Shown: positions 27,354-37,418, counted from the stretch's first letter. The stretch is 44,045 nucleotides of DNA from Alphaproteobacteria bacterium (GCA_017480995.1 JAFUQJ010000022.1:1-44045); one strand, 5' to 3'. The notes: a model not told the origin generated them from the letters alone. A program made the numbers and translations.

Positions 27354-28712
27354 ATGATGAAAATAACCGAATTAAAGTCCGAAGGCCTGAAACAGGAATT
27401 CAAAGTCGTTGTTCCGGCCGCCGATGTTGAGAAAAAGGTTGACGAGAAAATCAACCGCATTGCCAAAACCGCCAAACTTCCGGGCTTCCGCGCCGGTAAG
27501 GCTCCCGTTGCAATGCTGAAGCAGAAATATCATGATTCCGTTATGGGCGAGGTTGTCGAAGACCTGATTCAGGAAGGAACCGGCGAAGTTATCAAATCCA
27601 AAAAGCTGCGCCCGGCTTCTCAGCCCAATGTCAAAATCACTTCTTTTGCCGAGGGCAAGGATCTGGAATTTGAAGTCGGCACCGAGAACCTGCCCGAAAT
27701 CAAAGTCGGGGATTTCTCCCAAATCGCGCTGACGCGCTATATGGCCGAAGTTCCGGCCGAAGAGGTTGACAAAGCCCTTAATTATATTGCGGAATCCCGC
27801 AGGGAAACCGCCGTTGTCGAAGGCAAGGCTGCGGCTAAGGGCGACGTTGTCATGATTGACTTCACCGGCTCTGTCGACGGTGTCGAGTTTAAAGGCGGCA
27901 AAGGCTCGAACTATCCGCTTGAGCTCGGTTCCGGCTCGTTCATCCCGGGGTTTGAAGACCAGCTGATCGGCGCCAAGGCCGGTGACAAAATTGACGTCAA
28001 GGTCAAGTTCCCCAAAGATTATCACGCCAAAGACCTGGCGGACAAAGACAGCGTGTTTGCGGTTGAGGTAAAAGAAGTCCGCGAGCCCAAAAAGGTCGAA
28101 ATCAACGACGAATTCGCCAAATCCATGGGAGAGGAAAGCCTCGAAAAACTCAAGGAAAACATTGCCAACCGCATTAAAGGCGATTATGAAAACGCCTCCC
28201 GCATGAAGATTAAGCGCCAGCTGCTCGACGCTCTGGACAAGGAATACAAGTTTGAGAGCCCGGCCTCTCTGATTGACGCCGAATACGACGCCATTGTCAA
28301 ACAGTATGAGCAGGCCAAAAAGTACAACCAGCTTGACGAAAGCGAAAAGAGCAAGTCTGAAGAAGAACTGCTGAAGGAATACAAGGAAATAGCCGTTCGC
28401 CGCGTTAAGCTCGGTCTGCTGCTGTCGCAGGTCGGTCAGGAAGCCGCCGTTTCCATCAAGCCCGAAGACATTAACGAAGCGATTATGAAAGAAGCGCGCA
28501 AATATCCGGGACAGGAAAAGGCCGTTCTCGACTACTATCTCAAGAACAAACAGGCTGTTGAAGCTCTGAAGGCTCCGATTTTCGAAGAAAAAATCGTTGA
28601 CCACATCATCAGCAAGGCCAAGGTTGAAGAAAAGATTGTTTCCGTTGAAGAACTCTACAACTTTAGCGAAGACGCGCCCAAAGCCAAAAAGGCGGCCAAA
28701 AAATCGGCCTGA
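27354..28712 (+). CDS. tig: Trigger factor
   Basis: MMKITELKSEGLKQEFKVVVPAADV, the ribosome-binding GFRAGKAP motif, and an FKBP-type PPIase block (GDVVMIDFTGSVDGVEFKGGKG...FIPGFEDQLIGAKAGD). Confidence 0.95.
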   Translation: MMKITELKSEGLKQEFKVVVPAADVEKKVDEKINRIAKTAKLPGFRAGKAPVAMLKQKYHDSVMGEVVEDLIQEGTGEVIKSKKLRPASQPNVKITSFAEGKDLEFEVGTENLPEIKVGDFSQIALTRYMAEVPAEEVDKALNYIAESRRETAVVEGKAAAKGDVVMIDFTGSVDGVEFKGGKGSNYPLELGSGSFIPGFEDQLIGAKAGDKIDVKVKFPKDYHAKDLADKDSVFAVEVKEVREPKKVEINDEFAKSMGEESLEKLKENIANRIKGDYENASRMKIKRQLLDALDKEYKFESPASLIDAEYDAIVKQYEQAKKYNQLDESEKSKSEEELLKEYKEIAVRRVKLGLLLSQVGQEAAVSIKPEDINEAIMKEARKYPGQEKAVLDYYLKNKQAVEALKAPIFEEKIVDHIISKAKVEEKIVSVEELYNFSEDAPKAKKAAKKSA

Positions 28713-28729
28713 GCCTTTTGAAAACAAAA

Positions 28730-28765
28730 AATCCCCGTTCTTCTTTCAGGAACGGGGATTTTTTT
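28730..28765. terminator. Bidirectional rho-independent terminator (tig / gtrA-like convergent pair)
   Basis: An 11 bp stem pairs aatccccgttc with gaacggggatt around a 9 nt loop. It is flanked by an A-run and a T-run. It overlaps the stop codon of the GtrA-like gene. Confidence 0.7.
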
Positions 28766-29168
28766 AGTCTCGAAAATTAACGCGGTTGTGCAGTTGATAG
28801 AGAATAAGCGTTGAGAACAGGGTAAAGACGGCCTGCGCCAGCCAAGCCGGCCATTGCCATTCGCCGATCGTCAGCCACAGCGCGGCATAGTTGCTCAAAA
28901 TCATGCCGCCGTAAGTTCCCGCGGCTTTGCAGTATTGCGCCGCAAGGTTTCCTTTTGCGCGGAAAACGTAGTAGCGCATCGTAAATATCGAGAGGTTGAT
29001 GCAGATCAGATAAGTCAGCAGCAGCGCCGCGTTGTAATTAATGACCAAAGCCAGCGCGACAAACAGAATATACGAGAACAGCGTGTTTAATCCGCCCACG
29101 GCCAGAAAACGCAGCTGCTTCGGCCAGCCGAACCACCAGGTTTCGAGTTTGCGGTATAAGTTTTTCAT
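28764..29168 (-). CDS. GtrA-family small membrane protein (polyprenyl-phosphate-sugar translocation associated)
   Basis: 134 aa with four TM segments. LRFLAVGGLNTLFSYILF is typical of the GtrA family. It has an ATGA overlap with the upstream gene. Confidence 0.8.
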   Translation of the reverse strand: MKNLYRKLETWWFGWPKQLRFLAVGGLNTLFSYILFVALALVINYNAALLLTYLICINLSIFTMRYYVFRAKGNLAAQYCKAAGTYGGMILSNYAALWLTIGEWQWPAWLAQAVFTLFSTLILYQLHNRVNFRD

Positions 29169-30853
29169 TGCGCGCGGAAAACCTCAAACAAAGCGTTTTC
29201 AAATATCGGCTTTTCGGGAAGACTTTTGCGGATTTCCTGCGTTTCGGGAAGGTTGTTGTTTTTGTTGAGGATTACCCAATCGCCTTTGAGCGGTTGCTTC
29301 TGGGGGACAATCGGCGTATAGACGCGGAGCCGGAACTGCTGCAGATGAAGCAGGTCCGCAACGCTTTTGACCAAATGCCGGTTGGATTTGATGATCAGTT
29401 TGTAATCGCGGAAGTAATAACGGTAGATCGTTGACCAGGCCTCGATAATCCATTGGTCAATGTCGGGCGTGGCCTGCGGCTTTTCGACAATGAAAAGGAA
29501 GTTGACGTCTTCTTTGTTCATGCTTTGAGCCAAAAACTCGGCTGTTTCGCGATAATATTTGCCGATTTCCTGCTTTGAGGCTTCGCAGTCTTTTACCGCG
29601 GAATAAAACAGGATTGCTGCGCTCAGAACCGTCAGCGCGAAACGGGAGCGGATATGCTCAAACAGATAAGCCAGGGAAAACAGCAGCGTCAGCAGCAGAT
29701 AATAGGTCTTGCCGGCCAGATGCGGCGAATTCGGAGCCGTCTGCAGAACCAGAACAATCCCGACCGCAATCGCCGCGCCGCCGATAACCAGACCGCCGCG
29801 GAACATCGGATTGATGAGCGTGTCGTAACAGCGTCTGGCTCTCAGCAGCAAAACGCCGAAAGCGGCGGCGCAGACCGCCAGCTCGAAGCGGTAGTAGACA
29901 AGCAGCTCCTGCCAGTGGTGCCGCCCGTTGGCCAGATAGATGTTGCTCTCGTTGGGCGTCTGCAGCAGAAAATAAATAACCGAATACAACAGCAGGCTTA
30001 AGCCCGTCAGAAATTCCAGCGGCATTGCCTTGATTGTCTGCAGCGGGTGCAGAAAACTGCGCGGCGTGATTTTTTCGTTCCATATGTTATAGACCAACGA
30101 AGCCAGCAGCGTGCCGAAGAAAAAGAGAATGCAGGTCTCTTTGGTATAAATTGCCACGTTCATAAAAAACAGGAACCAGGCAGCCCAGCGCAGGCGCGAC
30201 GTCCGGCTGTACCGGCGGGCGCAGAGCAGAGCCGCCGTCAGGGCGATGAGGATTTCCCGGTCCGGAAACACGACTTTGGAAGTCAGGAGCATGGTCGGCG
30301 TCAGCAGAAAAACGGCCAGAAACACCAGCCGCCGCGCCGAAGGAATATAGTCGAAGAAACGATACAGCAGATAAACGGCCAGCAGCAGCTGCGCAAAGAC
30401 GAAACCTTTGATGACATACATGTTCTGCGTAATCGCATAGAGCGTGCTGAGGTTCCAAAAAGCCAGCGGCGTAATCCGCGCGAAGTCAAAATTGGGAACC
30501 ATTCCGGTCATCAGGGAGCGGGTGGTGCCGAGCGCCATCAGGTCAAAATTTTCGAAAAACGAATTTTCGGTGCCGTACATATAAAAGGCGGTCAGGCCGA
30601 GAGCCGCGGCCAGCGTCAGCAGCGCCGCCCAGTCGCGTTTTTTGCGCGGCCGGAACTTGTAGGATACGTTGTCAAACAGGTTAAAATAAGCCGGCGCCGT
30701 GCGTATCTGTCTGCGCAGCAGCCACAAAGAGACGCCGAGCACCAGAGCGACAATCAGCATCCACGGCACCCACAGGCGCGAAACCAGCGTCGTCATGTTA
30801 AACTTTATCAGATTGGACAAAATGTGCTCTTGCAGCAGCGGGGCGTCAAACAT
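29165..30853 (-). CDS. Polytopic membrane glycosyltransferase, GT-C fold (ArnT/PMT_2-like)
   Basis: 562 aa with about 12 TM segments followed by a ~130 aa soluble C-terminal domain. The gene context is GtrA plus a polyprenyl-phosphate GT2. The assignment rests on architecture and context, not a strong motif. Confidence 0.6.
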   Translation of the reverse strand: MFDAPLLQEHILSNLIKFNMTTLVSRLWVPWMLIVALVLGVSLWLLRRQIRTAPAYFNLFDNVSYKFRPRKKRDWAALLTLAAALGLTAFYMYGTENSFFENFDLMALGTTRSLMTGMVPNFDFARITPLAFWNLSTLYAITQNMYVIKGFVFAQLLLAVYLLYRFFDYIPSARRLVFLAVFLLTPTMLLTSKVVFPDREILIALTAALLCARRYSRTSRLRWAAWFLFFMNVAIYTKETCILFFFGTLLASLVYNIWNEKITPRSFLHPLQTIKAMPLEFLTGLSLLLYSVIYFLLQTPNESNIYLANGRHHWQELLVYYRFELAVCAAAFGVLLLRARRCYDTLINPMFRGGLVIGGAAIAVGIVLVLQTAPNSPHLAGKTYYLLLTLLFSLAYLFEHIRSRFALTVLSAAILFYSAVKDCEASKQEIGKYYRETAEFLAQSMNKEDVNFLFIVEKPQATPDIDQWIIEAWSTIYRYYFRDYKLIIKSNRHLVKSVADLLHLQQFRLRVYTPIVPQKQPLKGDWVILNKNNNLPETQEIRKSLPEKPIFENALFEVFRAQ

Positions 30854-31694
30854 TGTTTTTTCCTATTATAAATTTAAGCCGCAGTTTTTGCAGCATCACC
30901 AGAAAATACGGATAAAAGAATTTCGGCCGCGGCGTAAGCCGGCTGCGGATTTCTTCTTTTATCCGGCGGTCGGCCGCGCGCATCTGCTCTTTCCGGCGCA
31001 GCGAAAAATTGCCGCCGTGCAGGTTGTATCGTAGCAAAACCTGCGGGATATTGGCAAGTTTCAGTCCCGCTTCCAGCGCCTGCCGCACCAGATCATAGTC
31101 TTCGGCCGGCGTATAGGCGGCATTGTAGCAAATGCCGCGTTCTTCAAATAAGCGGCGGCGGTACATGGCGGTGGGATGCATCAGAACGTTGCCGCGCCAG
31201 GCGTCTTTGAGCGTCGGGAAAAGAGGCTGGCGCCATACCCAGCCGAGATTGACGAGCAGCCGCCGCGGCAGCGGCGCCGTCCGGGGGCAAAACAGCTCAA
31301 ACCATGAGCCGGCCATGGCAATCTCGGGGTGACTGTCCAAAAAAACGGCCTGTGTTTTCAGGCGCTCGGGCCGGCAGATGTCGTCATGGTCGAGCACTGC
31401 GACGTATTCGCCGCGCGCCATTGCCGCCAGTTTGTTGCGGGTTGCCGCAATGCCGAGATTTTGTTCGTTGCGCGCAAATATGATTCTCTTGTCGTGAAAC
31501 TGAGCGATAATTTCCGCCGAATTGTCGGTCGAAGCGTCATCAAGCAAAATAAGCTCGAAATCTTCAAAAGTCTGCGCCAGAACGGCCTGAATCGTCGCGG
31601 CGATAAACGGCGCCGCGTTGTAAACGGGGATTAAGACAGAAATGCGTGGGTAATTACTTGTACACATAGCGCCCAAAAACTTTTTACTTTTCAT
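30846..31694 (-). CDS. Family 2 glycosyltransferase
   Basis: ISVLIPVYNAAPFIAATIQAVLAQTFEDFELILLDDASTDNS, the DxD-type VLDHDD, and AMYRRRLF. The start is taken at ATG 31694. The ORF is open to a TTG at 31736, but that would leave only 28 nt to the divergent gene. Confidence 0.85.
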   Translation of the reverse strand: MKSKKFLGAMCTSNYPRISVLIPVYNAAPFIAATIQAVLAQTFEDFELILLDDASTDNSAEIIAQFHDKRIIFARNEQNLGIAATRNKLAAMARGEYVAVLDHDDICRPERLKTQAVFLDSHPEIAMAGSWFELFCPRTAPLPRRLLVNLGWVWRQPLFPTLKDAWRGNVLMHPTAMYRRRLFEERGICYNAAYTPAEDYDLVRQALEAGLKLANIPQVLLRYNLHGGNFSLRRKEQMRAADRRIKEEIRSRLTPRPKFFYPYFLVMLQKLRLKFIIGKNNV

Positions 31695-31764
31695 CTCTAA
31701 CTTATAATATGGATATAAACCGCCTCTGTCTACCAAAACGACAGAGTTATCAAAGGATATCGTA

Positions 31765-32595
31765 ATGCTTTATTGCAAAAGCCTCAACCTCGTTGAGCAA
31801 AACGACAGTTTGTCGCTGTTATACGGTTTTGCGAAACCGGGCAGCCTGGTGCTTGACGTCGGCTGTGCCTGCGGTGATTTGGCGCGGGCGCTGCATGAGC
31901 GCAAAAACTGCCGCGTCTGGGGGGTGGAATATCAGGCAAAAAGCGTTAACGCCTGTCAAAAAAGCGGTGTTTTTGAAGAGGTGCGGCAACAGGACCTGAA
32001 CCGGCTGACGGCGGAAACGTTTCCCGAATACGCCGGGCGTTTTGACTGTATAATCTGCGGTGACGTTTTGGAACATCTGTCGGATCCCGGCGCCGTTCTG
32101 AAAGTTTTATGTTCCTATTTGAAGACAGGCGGCGAGCTGCTGGTATCGCTGCCCAATGTCGCGCACGGCAGTATCAAGGCCAATCTTTTGCTTAATGATT
32201 TTACCTATACGCCGCTGGGGATTCTCGATCGGACGCATTTGCATTTTTACACCTGGCGGAGCATGGCCGCTTTTTTGGCCGGTTGCGGCGTGCAAATAAC
32301 GGAAGCGCGGACTGTCGTAATGCCGCTTGACGGCTGGCAGCCGCACGGGCAGGCCGAGCTTCCGGCTGAGGTTGCGGCTTTTATTGCCGCCGACAAACAT
32401 TCCTATGTCATGCAGTATGTTATGCGCTGCCGTCTGCAAAGCGGGGCTTCCGTTTCCGCAAATCTGCGGATATTGGATAAGTCTGCACTTGATAAAACGC
32501 CGAAAGCGAATATAATGTTCAAAATAAAACGTTTGGTTATGACCAAGATGCCTTTTGTTTTGCAATACCTTGAAGCATGGCGTTTGCGCCGATAG
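31765..32595 (+). CDS. Class I SAM-dependent methyltransferase
   Basis: Motif I VLDVGCACGDL and motif II/III FDCIICGDVLEHL. An AAGGA RBS lies upstream. Confidence 0.85.
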   Translation: MLYCKSLNLVEQNDSLSLLYGFAKPGSLVLDVGCACGDLARALHERKNCRVWGVEYQAKSVNACQKSGVFEEVRQQDLNRLTAETFPEYAGRFDCIICGDVLEHLSDPGAVLKVLCSYLKTGGELLVSLPNVAHGSIKANLLLNDFTYTPLGILDRTHLHFYTWRSMAAFLAGCGVQITEARTVVMPLDGWQPHGQAELPAEVAAFIAADKHSYVMQYVMRCRLQSGASVSANLRILDKSALDKTPKANIMFKIKRLVMTKMPFVLQYLEAWRLRR

Positions 32596-32605
32596 GAGAA
32601 ACATT

Positions 32606-33565
32606 TTGAAAAAGCTCGCGATAATTCTGCCCTGTTACAACGAAGAGGAAATCCTGCCTCATACCATAAAAAAAATGCGCGCGCTGCTGTCGGACCTGAT
32701 TAAAAGGAAAAAAGTTGCAAAAGACAGCCGGATTTGCTTTGTTAATGACGGCAGCCGCGACCAAACCTGGCCGATTATTCAAAAAGCCTGCGCCGAAGAC
32801 AAACTGTTCTGCGCGCTGAACCTGTCCCGCAACTTCGGGCATCAGGGCGCCATTTTGGCCGGTATGTACGATGTCTGCGCCGATATTTATGTCACGATTG
32901 ACGCCGATTTGCAGGATAATCCCGACTGTATCGCGCAAATGCTCGAAAAAATCGAAGAGGGCTGCGATATCGTTTACGGCGTGCGCGATTCCAGGCATAC
33001 CGACAGCTTTTTCAAACGCACCAGCGCCACGCTGTACTACCGTCTGCTCAAACTTCTGGGCGTTAACATCGTCTACAATCACGCCGATTTTCGGATGATG
33101 ACCAGACGCGCGGTCGAAACGCTCAAGCAGTTTCCCGAGCGCAATTTGTTTTTGCGCGCGATTGTGCCGCTGATCGGTTTCAAATCCGCCCGGGTTTATT
33201 ATGACCGCACCGCGCGTCAGGCCGGCGAAACCAAGTATCCTTTTTGCAAGATGGTTGCGCTGGCCTGGAACGGCGTCTCCAATTTTTCGATTGTCCCGCT
33301 GCGGCTGGTGACGTTTTTGGGGTTCTTTGTCTGTTTTCTGAGCGTTGTCTTTTTGTGTTTTGTCGTTTATCGCTGGTCGGTGCGCGGCACGATTGTCGGC
33401 TGGGCCTCCATGGTCACGATTATCACCGTTTTCAGCGGCGTGCAGCTGGTCTCGCTGGGAATTATCGGCGAATATCTGGCCAAAGTCTTTGTCGAGGTCA
33501 AAAAACGGCCGCTCTTTATTGTCGAAGATAAAATCGGCTTTAACGAAGAATCGCAAGATTGTTAA
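32606..33565 (+). CDS. Polyprenyl-phosphate glycosyltransferase (GT2, ArnC/GtrB-like) with two C-terminal TM helices
   Basis: LAIILPCYNEEEIL, VNDGSRDQT, HQGAILAG, IDADLQD, YGVR, then C-terminal TM helices (FSIVPLRLVTFLGFFVCFLSVVFLCFVVY and MVTIITVFSGVQLVSLGIIGEY). The TTG at 32606 has an AGGAGA RBS 6 nt upstream. The ORF is also open from an ATG at 32555. Confidence 0.88.
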   Translation: MKKLAIILPCYNEEEILPHTIKKMRALLSDLIKRKKVAKDSRICFVNDGSRDQTWPIIQKACAEDKLFCALNLSRNFGHQGAILAGMYDVCADIYVTIDADLQDNPDCIAQMLEKIEEGCDIVYGVRDSRHTDSFFKRTSATLYYRLLKLLGVNIVYNHADFRMMTRRAVETLKQFPERNLFLRAIVPLIGFKSARVYYDRTARQAGETKYPFCKMVALAWNGVSNFSIVPLRLVTFLGFFVCFLSVVFLCFVVYRWSVRGTIVGWASMVTIITVFSGVQLVSLGIIGEYLAKVFVEVKKRPLFIVEDKIGFNEESQDC

Positions 33566-33634
33566 TGATTTGTCAAATAAGTTGTGTTATCTTAACCCCA
33601 AAATTTAGTAATATGTAAAAAAGAGGAAATGCTG

Positions 33635-34261
33635 ATGTATGCTTCAAAGTCTCTGATTGCCGGCAGTAGTCTGGTGCCGATGGTGATTGAACAAACCTCC
33701 AAAGGCGAACGTTCTTTTGATATTTATTCCCGTCTTCTCAAAGAACGGATTATCTTTCTGACCGGCGAAGTCAACGACGATATTTCGTCTTTGGTCTGCG
33801 CTCAGCTGCTGTTTTTGGAATCCGAAGATCCCAAAAAGGACATCTTTCTTTACATCAATTCTCCGGGAGGCTCGGTAACGGCCGGCATGGCAATGTTTGA
33901 CACCATGAATTACATCAGCTGCGACGTCAATACCATGTGCATCGGCCAGGCCTGCTCAATGGGCTCGCTGCTGCTGACCGCCGGCGCCAAGGGCAAGCGG
34001 TTTGCCCTGCCGAATTCGCAGATTATGATTCATCAGCCTTCCGGCGGTTTTCAGGGACAGGCGACCGATATGGAAATCCGCACCAGACTGATTCTCGACA
34101 TGAAAAAACGCCTCAACAAGATTTATGCGGAAAGAACCGAACAAAAACTTTCCGTGATTGAAAAGGCGATGGAACGCGATAATTTCATGACGCCGGAAGA
34201 AGCCAAAAAATTCGGCCTGATCGATCATATTGTCACCAATCGTGAAGAAATACTCAAATAG
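33635..34261 (+). CDS. clpP: ATP-dependent Clp protease proteolytic subunit
   Basis: [29 protein letters not shown], with the catalytic Ser in [11 protein letters not shown] and the catalytic His in IMIHQPSGG. The ATG at 33635 lies 8 nt after a GAGG RBS. Confidence 0.95.
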   Translation: MYASKSLIAGSSLVPMVIEQTSKGERSFDIYSRLLKERIIFLTGEVNDDISSLVCAQLLFLESEDPKKDIFLYINSPGGSVTAGMAMFDTMNYISCDVNTMCIGQACSMGSLLLTAGAKGKRFALPNSQIMIHQPSGGFQGQATDMEIRTRLILDMKKRLNKIYAERTEQKLSVIEKAMERDNFMTPEEAKKFGLIDHIVTNREEILK

Positions 34262-34270
34262 GAAAAAGCC

Positions 34271-35527
34271 ATGAGTGATAAGACACCCAATGAGGAATTG
34301 CATTGTTCGTTTTGCGGCAAGAGCCAGAATGAAGTCAAAAAACTGATTGCCGGCCGCGGCGTTTATATCTGCGACGAATGTATCGAAGTCTGCATCAACA
34401 TCGTTGCCGACGAAATGGCGGAAGAGACCGCGTCTGCCGGCTCTGCCGGCGAAAGCCTGCCGTCTCCGTCCAAAATCAAAGAGTTTCTGGATCAGTACGT
34501 TATCGGACAGGATTATGCCAAAAAGGTATTGTCGGTGGCCGTTTACAACCACTACAAACGCCTTAATTCCAACAAAAACGGCAAAGACGTCGAGATTGCC
34601 AAATCCAACGTTATCCTCATCGGTTCGACCGGTTCGGGCAAGACGCTGCTGGCGCAGACGCTGGCCAAAATTCTCGACGTGCCGTTTGCCATTGCCGACG
34701 CCACGACTTTGACCGAGGCGGGCTATGTCGGTGAAGACGTCGAGAATATTATTCTCAAGCTGGTGCAAAATGCCAATTACGATATCGAAAAAGCCCAGCG
34801 CGGAATTGTGTATATCGACGAGATTGACAAGATCACCCGCAAGACCGACGGTCCTTCGATTACGCGCGACGTTTCGGGCGAGGGCGTGCAGCAGGCCCTG
34901 CTGAAAATCATTGAGGGCACCGTTGCCAACGTGCCGCCCCAGGGCGGACGCAAGCATCCGCAGCAGGAATTCCTGCATGTGGACACGACCAATATTTTGT
35001 TTATCTGCGGCGGCGCTTTTGCCGGACTTGAAAAAATCGTCAGCCGCCGCGGCAAAGATACTTCGATTGGTTTCGGGGCCAAAGTCGCCGCCAAGGAAGA
35101 ACGCGGTATCGGCGAAATCATCAAAGACGTTCAGCCCGAAGATTTGCTCAAATACGGACTGATTCCCGAGTTCGTCGGCCGTCTGCCGATTATTGCCACT
35201 TTGGGCGATTTGAACGAGGAAGCGCTGGTGCGCGTTCTGACCGAACCCAAAAACGCGCTCGTCAAACAGTATCTGGCCATGTTCGATATGGAAGGCGTCA
35301 AGCTGACTTTCACCGATGACGCGCTCAAAGCCATCGCCAAAAAGGCGATTGAACGCAAAACCGGCGCCCGCGGCCTGCGTGCCATCATGGAAGATAATCT
35401 GCTTGAACTGATGTATGAAGTGCCTGATAAAAAGGATCTGAGCGAGATTGTCATTGATGAAAAGGTCATCGCCGATAAAAAGGAACCGAAATTCATTTAT
35501 CGGAAAGAAGCCCAAAAGGCAAGCTGA
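34271..35527 (+). CDS. clpX: ATP-dependent Clp protease ATP-binding subunit ClpX
   Basis: Zn-finger [26 protein letters not shown], Walker A GSTGSGKT, Walker [10 protein letters not shown], and IPEFVGRLP. Confidence 0.97.
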   Translation: MSDKTPNEELHCSFCGKSQNEVKKLIAGRGVYICDECIEVCINIVADEMAEETASAGSAGESLPSPSKIKEFLDQYVIGQDYAKKVLSVAVYNHYKRLNSNKNGKDVEIAKSNVILIGSTGSGKTLLAQTLAKILDVPFAIADATTLTEAGYVGEDVENIILKLVQNANYDIEKAQRGIVYIDEIDKITRKTDGPSITRDVSGEGVQQALLKIIEGTVANVPPQGGRKHPQQEFLHVDTTNILFICGGAFAGLEKIVSRRGKDTSIGFGAKVAAKEERGIGEIIKDVQPEDLLKYGLIPEFVGRLPIIATLGDLNEEALVRVLTEPKNALVKQYLAMFDMEGVKLTFTDDALKAIAKKAIERKTGARGLRAIMEDNLLELMYEVPDKKDLSEIVIDEKVIADKKEPKFIYRKEAQKAS

Positions 35528-35544
35528 CCGCCCGGATAAAATTA

Positions 35545-35588
35545 AAACCCCTCATTAAATCGCGCCGCTTTTTAATGAGGGGTTTTTT
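35545..35588. terminator. Bidirectional rho-independent terminator (clpX / TPR gene convergent pair)
   Basis: A perfect 15 bp stem pairs aaacccctcattaaa with tttaatgaggggttt around an 11 nt loop. A T-run follows. Confidence 0.75.
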
Positions 35589-35609
35589 GTGCGGTTTTGG
35601 ATTATAAAC

Positions 35610-37418
35610 TCAGCGGTTGGAAGCTGTCTTGCGCTGCTCGCTGACCAGCGAGCGGATTTGTTTTTCAATCAGCTCCTTGTCATAAGAAAGCTCCGGCTCC
35701 CGGGGCAGTCCTTTTTCGAGTTTCCGGTTGACCGCGTCAATATCAAGCTCGCCGGTGTCGTCTTTGAGCGTCAGGGCGTGCTGCCACTGAAAGCGGGCTT
35801 CGTTCTTGCGGCGGCTGAACCAGTAGACGTCGCCGAGATGATCGCTGATAACGGCGTTCGACGGGCTGGCCTCGGCCGCTTTTTCCAGATACGGAACCGC
35901 CATGGCATAATATCCCATGTTATATAATGCCCAGCCGAGACTGTCGTTGATGTTGGGATCTTCCGGCGCCTGATTATGGGCTTTGACAATCATTGCAAAA
36001 GCGTCGTTAACGTTTTTGCCCTGTTTGATCCAGCTGTAGCCGAGATAGTTCAGAACCAGATAATGGTCGCCGCTGAGCACCAGAGACTTTTGCAGGGCTT
36101 TTTCGGCTTTTTTCCATTGTTCGTTCTGGTCATAAGAGACGCCGAGCGCATAATACAAAACCCATAAGCTGTTTTGGTCTTCGGTCTTTTCAATCGCCTG
36201 CTCATAGTATTCAATGGCTTCCTGCGGGCGGTTTTTCATCCGCAGAATGTCGCCGAGGTCCAGATAGATCTGCGCGTTGTCATAATCAATGGCCAGAGAT
36301 TTGAGCAGCAGTTCGGCGCCGTCATAGTCGTTTTGCTTAATCAGGTTGTTGGCCATTTTAAGCTGCGCCGCGTAATAAGAGTGCTCGCCTTCCTTGATGC
36401 TGTCATAGACTTTGTTGGCGTCGGCGTACATCGCGCGGTCTTCAAGGATGTTTGCCAGCAGCAGTTTGGCCAGGTCGTAGTGCGGGTTTTCGTAAACCGC
36501 CAGACTGATAAACATGTGCGCCACATCCAGAACTTCGTCATAGCGGAAGGTAGCGGCGATGCTGAACAGCGCTTCGGCCGCGCCGATGTTCGGATCGGTA
36601 ATGATCGGTTTGGTCGCTTTCGGATCGGCGTTGCGCACTTCGCTGATAAAGGACTTTAAGATTTCGGCGGTTGTTTTTTCGTTGGACACGCCGTCGACAA
36701 TTTCCAGCGCTTTGTCTTTTTGCTCGGTCCGCAGATAAAAATTGCTGATAACCTGCAGCGTGCGCAGCGACATTTCCATGTCTTCGTCTTTGATAATGGT
36801 TTCATAATGCTGCTGAGCCTCGCGGTTCCGGCCGAAATAGTCGTTAATCATGCCGGCATGAAAATGGTAAATGCTCTTAAATCCGGCTTCTTTGCGGAGC
36901 GGTACGAGCTCTTTGAGCGCGCGGTCGGGCTGGTTGAGGCCGGCATAGTTCCAGGCTTTGAGCAGCGGCGCGATAAAATCGCGGTAGGCCACGTTGTCAA
37001 ATTTGTCGAGCGTCTTGATGCTTTCCCGGTATTCGCCGTCATGCATCTGCTTGGTGGCGATGACGGTATTGGCAAAATTGTCGGACCGCCCGGTTTGGAC
37101 GATTTGTTGCGCATAGACGGCGGCTTCGTCGACGCGCCCCTGCGAAACCAGAATCAGATACAGCTTGGAAACGAGTTCTTTGTTGTCGGGATCGATTTTA
37201 AGACTGCGGATGTAATAATCCGAGGCTTTGTCAAAATCGCGGCGCAGATGCGCAACCCGGCCGGCCAGATAGGCGCCGTAGGATTTGTTGCGGGAGGCTT
37301 GGGCGGGCGTCGCCGTTTCGGCCTGCGGCGTCTCGGACTGCAAATGTCCGGGCGTGGTGCAGGAGCCGAATATCCCGATAGATCCCAGAAGGATGATTAA
37401 AAAAGCGTAGCGTCCCAT
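35610..37418 (-). CDS. Tetratricopeptide-repeat lipoprotein
   Basis: From the ATG at 37418 the N-terminus is MGRYAFLIILLGSIGIFGSC (lipobox-like FGSC). Many TPR units follow (AYLAGRVAHLRRDFDKASDYY, ALGVSYDQNEQWKKAEKALQKSL and others). Confidence 0.8.
   Translation of the reverse strand: MGRYAFLIILLGSIGIFGSCTTPGHLQSETPQAETATPAQASRNKSYGAYLAGRVAHLRRDFDKASDYYIRSLKIDPDNKELVSKLYLILVSQGRVDEAAVYAQQIVQTGRSDNFANTVIATKQMHDGEYRESIKTLDKFDNVAYRDFIAPLLKAWNYAGLNQPDRALKELVPLRKEAGFKSIYHFHAGMINDYFGRNREAQQHYETIIKDEDMEMSLRTLQVISNFYLRTEQKDKALEIVDGVSNEKTTAEILKSFISEVRNADPKATKPIITDPNIGAAEALFSIAATFRYDEVLDVAHMFISLAVYENPHYDLAKLLLANILEDRAMYADANKVYDSIKEGEHSYYAAQLKMANNLIKQNDYDGAELLLKSLAIDYDNAQIYLDLGDILRMKNRPQEAIEYYEQAIEKTEDQNSLWVLYYALGVSYDQNEQWKKAEKALQKSLVLSGDHYLVLNYLGYSWIKQGKNVNDAFAMIVKAHNQAPEDPNINDSLGWALYNMGYYAMAVPYLEKAAEASPSNAVISDHLGDVYWFSRRKNEARFQWQHALTLKDDTGELDIDAVNRKLEKGLPREPELSYDKELIEKQIRSLVSEQRKTASNR

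Noticed and set aside
27372-28727. A 451-aa ORF antisense to the whole of tig. Similar long shadow ORFs lie antisense to rne (5036-6487), amiC (6946-8307), prfB (10785-11591), gltX (18941-20035), cysS (20066-21001, 21017-21706), the ArnC-like gene (32537-33556), clpX (33956-35515), UDG (37501-38355), slt (40825-41709) and others.
   Set aside because: Each lies opposite a gene with unmistakable conserved motifs. Their translations are low-complexity (F/L/G/R-rich) with no motifs and no RBS. Lys/Glu-rich sense codons (GAA/AAG) avoid stop codons on the opposite strand, so these are mirror-frame artefacts.
33566-33628. A heat-shock (sigma32-type) promoter upstream of clpP, based on the CCCCAAAAT element.
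   Set aside because: No TTGAAA-like -35 element lies at an acceptable distance (spacings are 7 or 19 nt). It is not supportable from sequence alone.
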